From: Gemmatimonadales bacterium
GTDB lineage: Bacteria > Gemmatimonadota > Gemmatimonadetes > Gemmatimonadales > GWC2-71-9
Reading direction: 5' to 3'
DNA length: 64,000 nucleotides
Assembly (NCBI GenBank): GCA_036522815.1
Contig: DATDFC010000102.1
Span: forward strand, 22,056-86,055
This document shows positions 55,288 to 63,844 of this stretch, piece after piece (position 1 is the stretch's first letter; each line of letters starts with the position of its first letter). The notes under the pieces were generated by a model, which saw only the letters and a list, made by a program, of their open reading frames with translations, was not told the origin of the DNA and searched no databases. The translations under genes were made by a program, and so were the position numbers.

Positions 55288-56274
55288 CTATCCCAGCAGG
55301 TGGCGCATCACAAACCAGACATTCGCCGGTCGCTCCGCCAGGCGCCGCATGTACCACGGAAACCAGTGCGTCCCGTAGCTGATCAGTACGCGCACGGGCA
55401 CGCCTTGCTGCGCGAGAGTGCGCTGCGCGGCGGCGCGGATGCCGTACAGCATGTGCACCTCGTAGCCTCCGCCCGCGACCCCAAGCGCCAGGGCGCGGGC
55501 GCGCAGCCGCTCGATGAGGTCGAGATCGTGCGTACCGAGCACGACACGCGCCGCACCGGCTGCCGCGCGCTCCAGCAGGCGGCCGGCGAGCACCTCATAG
55601 GCGGCGTCGACGTCGCGTTTTTTCGGAAACGCGACGTCGGGCGGTTCGTTGTAGGCGCCTTTCACGACACGAATGGCGGGCGCGAGCGGCAGCAGTGCCT
55701 CCAGGTCGGCGGGGGTGCGACGCAGGTACGCTTGCAGGCACACTCCCACGTCGGGACGGGCGGCGCGGACCGCGCGGTACAGCTCCAGCGTCGCGTCCAC
55801 GTAGCGCGACTCCTCCATGTCGATCCAGAGAAATGACTTGGCGGCGGCCGCACGCGCCGCGAGCGCCAGCAGGTCCTGGAGACACGCCTTGGGATTCACG
55901 TCGAGGCCCAGGTGCGTGAGCTTCACGGAGATCTCCGTCGGCAAGTCGCGCGACCGGATTTCGTCGAGCAGCCGCAAATACTGATCGCGTACCCCGGCGC
56001 CTTCGTTGCGGTTGGTGACCTGCTCCCCCAGCTGCGTCAGCACGCTGCCGATCCCGTCGCGGGCGAGGGCGGCGGCGGTGTCGAGCGCAGCACCCACGTG
56101 CTCCCCGGGCAGGAAGCGGCGCACGGCCCGGCGGAAGAACGCCCGGCGCCGCAGCGTGCGGGCGAGCCAGGCGCTGCGGGAGGCGCGGAGCAGCAGGCTG
56201 CGGGTGAGGGACACGAGGGGGAAATAGAAGGCCGGACGCGGGACACGGCAACGCCGTGCTCCCGCGACCGGCAA
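55288..56274 (-). CDS. proline dehydrogenase family protein
   Basis: PRODH TIM-barrel blocks (ISVKLTHLG, LWIDMEES, VCLQAYL, IRVVKGAY, VLGTHD, LYGI). Start at ATG 56274 or GTG 56214. Confidence 0.8.
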   Translation of the reverse strand: MPVAGARRCRVPRPAFYFPLVSLTRSLLLRASRSAWLARTLRRRAFFRRAVRRFLPGEHVGAALDTAAALARDGIGSVLTQLGEQVTNRNEGAGVRDQYLRLLDEIRSRDLPTEISVKLTHLGLDVNPKACLQDLLALAARAAAAKSFLWIDMEESRYVDATLELYRAVRAARPDVGVCLQAYLRRTPADLEALLPLAPAIRVVKGAYNEPPDVAFPKKRDVDAAYEVLAGRLLERAAAGAARVVLGTHDLDLIERLRARALALGVAGGGYEVHMLYGIRAAAQRTLAQQGVPVRVLISYGTHWFPWYMRRLAERPANVWFVMRHLLG

Positions 56275-56306
56275 AACTGTCCGGCAGGGGGTCTAGCCGA
56301 TCGGGG

Positions 56307-56723
56307 TCAGCCCGCCCGAGCCCAGCTCGGTGCTTCCACGCGCCGATCGCTGCCCGCCCGGCGCTCCGGCCCGTCCCACGCCGTCGCCCCGACGAGGGCG
56401 AGGCGACGCCGATCCACCGTGCGCCGGCGATCGGCCGTGGCGCGCGCCAGCACCTCGCCCGTCACCACTTCCGGGGGGAGCGGCCGGAACGAGGACCACT
56501 CGTCGCGGAACCAGTCGCGCGACGCACGCACGGCAGCCTCGGCGGCTTCCTCGGTTTCGAGCAGCGCCATCCAGGTCAGCACGTCGTTTCCCTCGTCCAG
56601 CAGATGGGAGGACACGAAGCCCGGAATGCCCCGTAGGATGGGCAAGAACCCCTTCTCGGTGTAGCGGGCGGCCTGCGCTACCGTGCCCAGCCGCACGCGA
56701 TACCGCCTGATCACGCCATGCAT
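56307..56723 (-). CDS. ABM/Dabb-like domain protein with C-terminal (D/E)RR-repeat tail
   Basis: ATG at 56723 preceded by GAGGGGG. N-terminal ~95 aa ferredoxin-like (MHGVIRRYRV...LTWMALLETEEAAEAAV). Tail TADRRRTVDRRRLALVGATAWDGPERRAGSDRRVE. Confidence 0.65.
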   Translation of the reverse strand: MHGVIRRYRVRLGTVAQAARYTEKGFLPILRGIPGFVSSHLLDEGNDVLTWMALLETEEAAEAAVRASRDWFRDEWSSFRPLPPEVVTGEVLARATADRRRTVDRRRLALVGATAWDGPERRAGSDRRVEAPSWARAG

Positions 56724-56895
56724 GATTCCCCCTCGCGTCAGTCGTACGTCCGCACCGCGAACCTGTCGCAAATCCCGCGCCCTGCAGTCGGCACCGGGTC
56801 AGGGCTCGGGGCGCCGGGCGCTTGCGGGGGAGAACAGGTTGTTGCGTATGAGCTACAGCAAAATCGTAAGGAACGGCCTACAAGGGAAGGGTCGG

Positions 56896-56926
56896 GGCCG
56901 GAGGTGCGACGTCCGCACCCCCGGCC
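56896..56926 (-). terminator. GC-rich hairpin after the coiled-coil lipoprotein gene
   Basis: 13-bp arms GGCCGGAGGTGCG (56896-56908) / CGCACCCCCGGCC (56914-56926) with one mismatch, 9 nt beyond the stop at 56935-56937 on the minus strand. No clear U-tract. Confidence 0.4.
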
Positions 56927-56934
56927 CGCAGCGG

Positions 56935-57813
56935 TCAGCCTTCGACGATGATGAGGTATTTCGAGTTGGCCCAGAAGCGCGCCGTGTCCGCGATCTTCAC
57001 GGCGTGTCCGGAGAGCTTGCCGTCGTGGTCGGGCGGCGTCTCGAGGGCGGAGGTGTCCTGGCGCGACACGATGCGGTATTCCTTGTCCGACTCGGGCAGC
57101 GGCAGCTCGGTCAAGTGGCGGCGGTCGGCCTGCGTGAACTCGCTGGGATCGAGGTTGCGCGCCGGCACGAGCGTCTTGCCGCTCTTCCACAGGACGAACA
57201 GGAAGCGGGCGCCGCCTTCCTCCTGAATGAGACCCTTGCGCTCGAGCTCATCCTTGGTCCCCACCACGTAATAGACCGTGTTGGAGATCGTGGACATGTT
57301 CTCCAGCGTGTCTTTCAGGGCCAGGTTCTCCGCGGTGAGCGTCTCGACCTGCTGGTTGAGCGCGTCGATCGTCTCCTTCTGATTGTCGATCACGCCCTGG
57401 AGGTTCTGCATGGTCGCCGCCAGGTCGTTGCGCAGGCTGTCGGAGATCGTGGTGAGCTCTTTGATCCGGTTTTCGCTTTCCTTGAGACGGGGCTCGAGCT
57501 CCCGCACTCGCGAGGTCACGTAGCGGATCTTCTGGATGAGCGTGTCGCGCGAGGCCCGCAACGGCGACTCCGCGGAGATCTTGAGGGCCCGTCCCGGAAC
57601 GTTCACCTTGGAGATCTCCCGGCTCACCTCGCTCACGAGACGCGTGTTCTCCGCCACCTCCTGCATCAGGCGATCGCGCTCGCTCGACGCTTGCGACAGG
57701 CTGTCGATACGCGCCTGTACCTCCGGTGACGGTCCCTGCTTGCAGCCCGCCGCGACGAGCAACGCGAGGGGAACCCACGCGCCGCGGGCCAGGAGACGGC
57801 TGGTGCGAATCAT
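56935..57813 (-). CDS. coiled-coil lipoprotein
   Basis: ATG at 57813 preceded by GAGGAGG. Lipobox LLVAAGC. About 150 aa of heptad-like sequence, then a globular C-terminal domain. Confidence 0.75.
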   Translation of the reverse strand: MIRTSRLLARGAWVPLALLVAAGCKQGPSPEVQARIDSLSQASSERDRLMQEVAENTRLVSEVSREISKVNVPGRALKISAESPLRASRDTLIQKIRYVTSRVRELEPRLKESENRIKELTTISDSLRNDLAATMQNLQGVIDNQKETIDALNQQVETLTAENLALKDTLENMSTISNTVYYVVGTKDELERKGLIQEEGGARFLFVLWKSGKTLVPARNLDPSEFTQADRRHLTELPLPESDKEYRIVSRQDTSALETPPDHDGKLSGHAVKIADTARFWANSKYLIIVEG

Positions 57814-57945
57814 GTTCTCAAACCTCCTCAACGTGACAAGGCTCACTAAGGCTGATGCGGGAGTGCTACACCGGAAGGCTCGGTACGGTTCGCCGCGCGG
57901 ACGTATTCCTTCAATAGTTAATCGCCCGCATCTTGGGGCACAACG

Positions 57946-59457
57946 ATGGACATCACCGAGGCTTGGGCCACGCGTCCGGCCGACCCCCCTGCGTACCTGC
58001 TCTCCCGCTGGCTGTTTCTGCGTGCGCTCGGCGCCGTTTACCTGATCGCCTTTGTCTCGCTGGCGGTGCAAGTCTCGGGCCTCCTGGGTGAACGCGGCAT
58101 CCTGCCGGCCGGGTCGTCGCTGCAACAGGCCCATGCGCTGTACGGCGGCGCGGCCTACCGCCTGTTTCCCACCCTCTGCTGGCTCGGCGCGGGCGACGGC
58201 ATGCTGAAGCTGCTCTCCTGGGGTGGCGCCGCCCTGGCGGTCTTGCTCATCGCCGGCGTCGCGCCCGCTCCTGTCCTGCTGCTCCTCTGGATGGGCTACC
58301 TGTCGCTCAGCGTCGCGGGCCAGGCCTTCCTTTGGTTCCAGTGGGACGGCCTGCTGCTCGAGACCGGGCTGCTGGCGGTGCTGTATGCGCCCAGCCGGCT
58401 CGTCCCCAGCCTGACGCGAGACCAGGCGCACTCGCCCTGGATGCGCTGGCTGATGTGGTGGCTGCTGTTCCGCCTCATGTTCCTCTCGGGGCTGACGAAG
58501 CTCGTGAGCGGGGACCCGGCGTGGCGCCATCTCAGCGCGCTCGATTACCACTTCTGGACGCAGCCACTCCCCACCTGGCCCGCGTGGTACGCCCAGTGGG
58601 CTCCCACGTGGGTGCACGGGGCCATGACACTCGTGATCCTCGCCATCGAGCTGCTCGTTCCCTGGCTCATTTTCGTCCCCGAGCGGTGGCGCCGCGCGCG
58701 CTATGCCGCCTGCGCGCTGCTGGTGCTGGGCCAGCTCGCGATCGCCCTCACGGGAAACTACGGTTTTTTCAACCTGCTGGCGATCGTGTTGTGCGTCCCG
58801 CTGCTCGACGACGGCGTGCTGCAGCGCGTCCTGCCCCTACAGCTCACGGCCACGGAACCCGAGCCGCGGTGGCGGCGTCGCGCGATTGCCGGCGTCGCGC
58901 CCGCGCTCGCACTGCTCTCGTTGCTCGCGTTCGCGCGCGAGATCGTGCAGACCCTCCCCGGTGCACGGCGGGGGCTCGACAACCCGCTGCTCCGTGCCAT
59001 CGAGCCGCTGCGCTCGGTGAACGGGTACGGGCTGTTCCGCGTGATGACGACCGAGCGCTTCGAGATCGTGATCGAGGGGAGCCGCGACGGCGTGCAGTGG
59101 AGCGAGTACGGCTTCCGCTGGAAGCCGGGCGATGTGCAGCGGCGACCGGCGTTCGTGGCTCCGTACATGCCGCGGCTCGACTGGCAGATGTGGTTCGCGG
59201 CACTCAACCCGGAAGGGGCGCGGGAATGGCTCCCGTCGCTGCTGCGGCACGTCCTGACGGGGACGCCCGAGGTGCTCGCGCTGCTCGGGCACGACCCCTT
59301 TCCGGATGCACCGCCGCGCTACGTGCGGCTCGGCTATTTCCGCTACCGTTTCAGCACGCCGTCCGAGCGGGCGGCGAGCGGCGCGTGGTGGCAGCGGGAG
59401 CGCCTGGGGGACCTGACCAAGCCGCTGTCCCTGGAGGAGCTTGCGCCGCCCCGTTGA
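57946..59457 (+). CDS. lipase-maturation-factor (LMF1)-like membrane protein
   Basis: Polytopic N-terminal part and a conserved C-terminal block (YGLFRVMTTERFEIVIEGS...YMPRLDWQMWFAAL). Confidence 0.75.
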   Translation: MDITEAWATRPADPPAYLLSRWLFLRALGAVYLIAFVSLAVQVSGLLGERGILPAGSSLQQAHALYGGAAYRLFPTLCWLGAGDGMLKLLSWGGAALAVLLIAGVAPAPVLLLLWMGYLSLSVAGQAFLWFQWDGLLLETGLLAVLYAPSRLVPSLTRDQAHSPWMRWLMWWLLFRLMFLSGLTKLVSGDPAWRHLSALDYHFWTQPLPTWPAWYAQWAPTWVHGAMTLVILAIELLVPWLIFVPERWRRARYAACALLVLGQLAIALTGNYGFFNLLAIVLCVPLLDDGVLQRVLPLQLTATEPEPRWRRRAIAGVAPALALLSLLAFAREIVQTLPGARRGLDNPLLRAIEPLRSVNGYGLFRVMTTERFEIVIEGSRDGVQWSEYGFRWKPGDVQRRPAFVAPYMPRLDWQMWFAALNPEGAREWLPSLLRHVLTGTPEVLALLGHDPFPDAPPRYVRLGYFRYRFSTPSERAASGAWWQRERLGDLTKPLSLEELAPPR

Positions 59458-59508
59458 CCCTATCCCCACCCCGCTTATCTTCCCGCCTCTTGAAGAAGGC
59501 GTTCTGAA

Positions 59509-60066
59509 ATGAAAGCGACCGACATTCGCCGCGGCCACGTCGTCATGATCGACGGGCAGCCGTGCCGCGTGATGGACTTCACGCACCGCACCCCCGGCAA
59601 CCTCCGGGCGTTCGTGCAGGTACGGTTCCGCAACCTCGTCACCGGGAACACCTTCGATACGCGTCTCGCCGCCACCGACTTCGTGGACGAGGCGCCGCTC
59701 GAGACCAAGGAATTCCAGGTTCTGTACCGCGACCAGGGCGGCGTGCACGTGATGGACACGACGAGCTACGAGCAGCACACCCTCGACGCCGAAGCCACGG
59801 GCGTTGATGCCGACTGGCTGCAGCCGGAGATGCACATTCAGGTCGAGTGGCTGAACGGTCGGCCGGTCGGGATCGAGCTGCCGTCGGTGGTCGAGCTGAC
59901 CGTGGTGCAGACGTCGCCCGTGATGCGGGGGGCTACGAAGACCGCGAGCACCAAGCCCGCCAAGCTCTCGAACGGCGTCACCATTCAGGTGCCGGAGTTC
60001 ATCAGCGAGGGGGAGAAGGTGCGGGTCGATCCCCGCGAGGGCGTCTACCTGGAACGCGCCAAGTAA
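59509..60066 (+). CDS. efp: elongation factor P family protein
   Basis: 185 aa with full-length EF-P similarity (KATDIRRGHVVMIDGQPCRVMDF..., VELTVVQTSPVMRGAT, IQVPEFISEGEKVRVD). The loop reads TPGNLRAF. Confidence 0.9.
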   Translation: MKATDIRRGHVVMIDGQPCRVMDFTHRTPGNLRAFVQVRFRNLVTGNTFDTRLAATDFVDEAPLETKEFQVLYRDQGGVHVMDTTSYEQHTLDAEATGVDADWLQPEMHIQVEWLNGRPVGIELPSVVELTVVQTSPVMRGATKTASTKPAKLSNGVTIQVPEFISEGEKVRVDPREGVYLERAK

Positions 60067-60074
60067 GGCTCCCC

Positions 60075-61271
60075 ATGCATACCGCTGCCCGCCTGGACAT
60101 GCTCGGCACCGAGCAGGCGTACCTGGTGCTCGCCGCCGCGCGGCAGCTCGAGGCCGCGGGTCATTCGGTGGTGCATCTCGAGATCGGCGAGCCCGACATG
60201 CCGACGCCGCCGCACGTCGTGGAGGCGGGCGTGCGGGCGTTGCGTGACGGGCTCACGCGCTACGCGCTGGCCGCGGGAGTGCCGGAGCTGCGCGAGGCGA
60301 TCGCGCGCTCGCTCGCCGCGCGGGGCGTGCGCGCCGGGCCCGACAACGTCGTCGTCACGCCCGGCGCGAAGCCGATGCTGTTTTGCGCGGCCCTGGCACT
60401 GATCGAGCCGGGCGCCGAGGTCCTGACGCCCGATCCGGGCTTCCCGATCTACGAGTCGGTGGTGCGGTTCGCGGGTGGCCGGCCCGTGTGCTACCCGCTC
60501 GACAAAACACGGGACTTCGCACCCGACGTCGCGGCGATCGCCCAGCGGATCACGCCGCGTGCGCGGGTGCTGATCCTCAACCTGCCGCACAACCCCACCG
60601 GCGGCGTAGCGGCAACGCGCGATCTCGAGGCGCTCGCCGAGCTGGCGCAGCGCCACGACCTGTGGGTGATCTCGGACGAGGTCTACGGGCAGATCCGCTA
60701 CGACGGGCGGCGCGACAGCATCGCCGCGCTGCCGGGGATGTCGGAGCGGACGGTGATCGTGGACGGGTTCTCCAAGGGCTACTCGATGACGGGGTGGCGG
60801 CTCGGGTTCGGCGTGATGCCCGCGACGCTCACCGGGGCCATGACCACCCTGCTCATCAACAACGTGTCATGCACGGCGACCTTCGTGCAGTACGCGGGGC
60901 TGGCGGCGCTCACGGGCTCGCAGGAGCCGGTCGCCCGCATGGTGGCGGGGCTCAAGGTGAAGCGTGACCAGCTGGCGCGCGGCCTGAACGCGATCGCTGG
61001 CGTCCGCTGCGCCACTCCCGCAGGCGCCTTCTATTGCTTTCCCGACATTGGCGGAGTGCTCGAGCGCACGGGCCTCACCTGCGAGGCGTTCGCGCAGCGG
61101 CTCCTCGCCGAGCAGCACGTGGCGGTGCTCGCGGGGACCGCGTTCGGGCCCGGGGGCGCGGCGCATCTGCGGATGTGCTATGCCACGGAGCCGGGGGAGC
61201 TCGAGCGGGCGCTGGGCGCGCTGCGGCGCTTTGTGGGCGCCTTGACGCCTGTGGGGACGGGGATATCTTGA
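60075..61271 (+). CDS. class-I/II pyridoxal-phosphate aminotransferase (aspartate aminotransferase-like)
   Basis: ATG at 60075. PLP-lysine motif FSKGYSMTGWRLG, plus NLPHNPTG. Confidence 0.85.
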   Translation: MHTAARLDMLGTEQAYLVLAAARQLEAAGHSVVHLEIGEPDMPTPPHVVEAGVRALRDGLTRYALAAGVPELREAIARSLAARGVRAGPDNVVVTPGAKPMLFCAALALIEPGAEVLTPDPGFPIYESVVRFAGGRPVCYPLDKTRDFAPDVAAIAQRITPRARVLILNLPHNPTGGVAATRDLEALAELAQRHDLWVISDEVYGQIRYDGRRDSIAALPGMSERTVIVDGFSKGYSMTGWRLGFGVMPATLTGAMTTLLINNVSCTATFVQYAGLAALTGSQEPVARMVAGLKVKRDQLARGLNAIAGVRCATPAGAFYCFPDIGGVLERTGLTCEAFAQRLLAEQHVAVLAGTAFGPGGAAHLRMCYATEPGELERALGALRRFVGALTPVGTGIS

Positions 61272-61392
61272 GACGTACGCACAACTGACGTCTCGTGGTG
61301 CTTTGCCGCGTATTGCCGCCACGTAAAACAAGGTGCTAAAAAGCGACCGCCCGCGGCGTCTGTTGCCCGGGTTTTTTTGTTGAGGTTCCCGT
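61272..61392 (+). promoter_or_regulatory. structured leader of the ThrC-like gene (hairpin, possible pseudoknot, terminator)
   Basis: GAGACGT/ACGTCTC hairpin at 61270-61294. GTGG (61295-98) pairs with CCAC (61319-22), enclosing GCTTT (61300-04), which can pair with AAAGC (61340-44). GGTGCT occurs twice. The terminator lies at 61350-61378. Confidence 0.4.
61350..61378 (+). terminator. intrinsic terminator/attenuator 15 nt upstream of the ThrC-like start codon
   Basis: Stem CCCG(C)GGC (61350-61357) / GCCCGGG (61365-71) with a 7-nt loop, followed by TTTTTTT (61372-61378). This is the longest T-run I saw in the window. Confidence 0.55.
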
Positions 61393-62640
61393 ATGACGCA
61401 GGCATTCATCGCTTCGCCGCCGCTCACCGCGCGGCCGCTCCGCTGCCGCAACTGCGGCGTCATGGGCGCCCCCGCCCCGGTCGCCATCTGCGGGCAGTGC
61501 CTCGGCCCGCTCGATCCCGTGTACGATCCGGAGCGTCCGCTCCCCGACCGCGACACCATCGCCGGCCGGCCGCCCTCCCTGTGGCGCTACCGCGAATGGC
61601 TGCCGTTCGACGGCGAGCCGACGCTGTCGCTCGACACCGGGTTCACGCCGCTCGTCGACGCGCCCGCCCTGGCGCGGCGCCTCGGCGTGGCACGCGTATG
61701 GATCAAGAACGACACCGTGTCGCATCCGTCGCTCTCGTTCAAGGACCGGGTCGTGGCCGCCGCGATCAACGCGGCCGCGGCGTTCGGTCTCGACACGATC
61801 GGCTGCGCCTCGACCGGCAACCTCGCGAACGCGGTCGCCGCCCACGCCGCCCGCGCCGGGCTCACGGCCTGGATCTTCATCCCCGAGGAGCTGGAAACGG
61901 CCAAGATCGTGGGGACGAGCGTGTACGGCTCCCGCCTCGTGCGCGTGCGCGGGACGTACGACGACGTCAATCGCCTGTGCGCACAGGTGGCGGACCGCTT
62001 CGGCTGGGGAATCGTGAACGTCAACCTGCGCGCCTATTACGGCGAGGGCTCGAAGACCGTGGCCCACGAGATCGCGGAGCAGCTCGGCTGGCGTCTGCCG
62101 AGTGCCGTGGTGGCGCCGATGGCGGGCGGATCGCTGCTCACCAAGCTGCGCAAGGGATTCGGCGAGTTCATCGCGGCCGGCCTGGTCGCGGGCGCCGTCC
62201 CCCGGTTGTATGGCGCCCAGGCGTCGGGCTGCGCGCCGATCGTGCGCCTGGTCGAGCGTGGTGGCGGCGAGCTGCAACCGGAGCTGCCCCGCACCATCTG
62301 CCGGTCGCTCGCGATCGGCAACCCCGCGGACGGGGCGTTCGCCGCGCGGGCCATTCGGGAGACGGGCGGTTGGGCGGCCGCGGTAAGCGACGCCGAGCTG
62401 GTGGATGGCATCCGCTCTCTCGCGGAGGACGCTGGGATCTTCGCGGAGACGGCGGGCGGCGTCACCGCCGCGGCCGCCCGGGCGCTCGCGCGGGATGGCC
62501 GGCTCGGGCCCGAGGACGAAGTCGTACTGTGCGTGACGGGACACGGTCTGAAGACGCTCGACGCGGTGCGCGACACGCTTCCCGAGGCGCCGGTGATCGC
62601 GCCCCGGCTGCGCGAAGTCGCCGCCCTGGTGGAACGGTGA
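61393..62640 (+). CDS. threonine-synthase-like PLP enzyme with N-terminal zinc ribbon
   Basis: CRNCG...CGQC ribbon. PLP-lysine motif HPSLSFKDR. Tryptophan-synthase-beta-fold blocks (ASTGNLANAVAAHAARAG, MAGGSL). Confidence 0.85.
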   Translation: MTQAFIASPPLTARPLRCRNCGVMGAPAPVAICGQCLGPLDPVYDPERPLPDRDTIAGRPPSLWRYREWLPFDGEPTLSLDTGFTPLVDAPALARRLGVARVWIKNDTVSHPSLSFKDRVVAAAINAAAAFGLDTIGCASTGNLANAVAAHAARAGLTAWIFIPEELETAKIVGTSVYGSRLVRVRGTYDDVNRLCAQVADRFGWGIVNVNLRAYYGEGSKTVAHEIAEQLGWRLPSAVVAPMAGGSLLTKLRKGFGEFIAAGLVAGAVPRLYGAQASGCAPIVRLVERGGGELQPELPRTICRSLAIGNPADGAFAARAIRETGGWAAAVSDAELVDGIRSLAEDAGIFAETAGGVTAAAARALARDGRLGPEDEVVLCVTGHGLKTLDAVRDTLPEAPVIAPRLREVAALVER

Positions 62641-62667
62641 TCAACCGCATGGCGCGGAGGAGCTGAT

Positions 62668-62943
62668 ATGGCGATCACGGTGAATCTGCCCTCGGTGCTC
62701 GCGGCCCACGCGGGCGGGGCGCGCACCATCGAAGCCGCGGGCCGGACGCTGGGCGAGGCGGTCGCCGATGTGGCGACGCGCTTCCCGGCGCTGGGGCCGC
62801 GGCTCCGCGACAAGGACGGCAAGCCCTACCCGTTCGTGAACTTCTACGTGAACGACGAGGACGTGCGCTTCCGCGGCGGCTTCGCGGCGCCGGTCCAGGA
62901 CGGCGACGAGGTGACCGTCATTCCGGCGATCGCGGGCGGGTGA
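62668..62943 (+). CDS. MoaD/ThiS-family ubiquitin-like sulfur-carrier protein
   Basis: 91 aa ending ...[14 protein letters not shown] directly before the stop. GGAGG-like AGGAGC upstream of the ATG. Confidence 0.8.
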   Translation: MAITVNLPSVLAAHAGGARTIEAAGRTLGEAVADVATRFPALGPRLRDKDGKPYPFVNFYVNDEDVRFRGGFAAPVQDGDEVTVIPAIAGG

Positions 62944-63817
62944 GCCCCGCATCGGCTGCGGCGATGCGTGCCAACCCTGCCCAGTCGATGTCGCCCCAAC
63001 CGCGGGCGACCCCGGACAGATAGCGGTCGCGAATCAGGCTGGCGAGCGGCATCGGCGCGGCGACCTCTTCCGCGGCCCCGAGCGCGAGCCGCACGTCCTT
63101 GAGTCCGTAGCGCAGCTTGAAACCCGCCGGCTCGTATCGCTCGTCGGCGATCAGCTTGCCGTAGTTCTCGTAGATGGGCGACCGGAACAGGCGGCCGTTC
63201 ACGATTTCCAGCAGGTCCGCCGGCGCGACGTCGTACTTGCGGACCAGGGCGAAAGCTTCGCCCATCGCCTCGATCGCCGCGGCCAGCAGGAAGTTGCCCG
63301 CCAGCTTGATCACGTTGGCGCGGCCCGGGTCGTCACCGGCGACGATCACGCCCTGGCCCACGGCGTCGAGCAGGGGGCGGCAACGCTCGATCGCCGGCGC
63401 GGGCCCCGCCGCCACGATCCACAGCTGCTTCGCCTCCGCCGCCTGCGGGCGCCCGAACACCGGCGCGGCCACGTACTCCTGACCCGCCGCCCGGTGCCGC
63501 TCGGCGAGCGTGCGTGACAATTTCGGGCTGATCGTGCTCATCGACACGTGGATCGCCCCGCGGGCGAGGGCGGGCAGCGCGCCCGAGGAGCCCAGCATCA
63601 CCTCTTCGAGCGCCGCGTCGTCGGCCACCATCGTGACCAGCACTTCGGCGCCCCGCGCCGCGGCGGCGGGGCTGTCCGCGACCGTCGGCCGCAGCGGCTT
63701 GAGCGCGTCCGCTCGGCTGCGCGTGCGGTTGTAAACGACGACCGTGTGGCCGGCCTGCAACACGTGCCGAGCGATCGGCAGTCCCATGCTGCCGAGACCG
63801 ATGACCCCGACTTTCAC
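62918..63817 (-). CDS. NAD(P)-dependent oxidoreductase (3-hydroxyisobutyrate / 6-phosphogluconate dehydrogenase-like)
   Basis: GTG at 63817 preceded by AAGGAGA. Rossmann motif [14 protein letters not shown] and family blocks ([10 protein letters not shown]). Confidence 0.85.
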   Translation of the reverse strand: MKVGVIGLGSMGLPIARHVLQAGHTVVVYNRTRSRADALKPLRPTVADSPAAAARGAEVLVTMVADDAALEEVMLGSSGALPALARGAIHVSMSTISPKLSRTLAERHRAAGQEYVAAPVFGRPQAAEAKQLWIVAAGPAPAIERCRPLLDAVGQGVIVAGDDPGRANVIKLAGNFLLAAAIEAMGEAFALVRKYDVAPADLLEIVNGRLFRSPIYENYGKLIADERYEPAGFKLRYGLKDVRLALGAAEEVAAPMPLASLIRDRYLSGVARGWGDIDWAGLARIAAADAGLTRPRSPE

Positions 63818-63844
63818 GTGGAACTCTCCTTTAAGTTTCCAGGC

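Noticed and set aside
58332-59507. 391-aa plus-strand ORF
   Set aside because: It is an alternative frame inside the lipase-maturation-factor-like gene. It is Arg/Ala/Pro-rich with no motifs.
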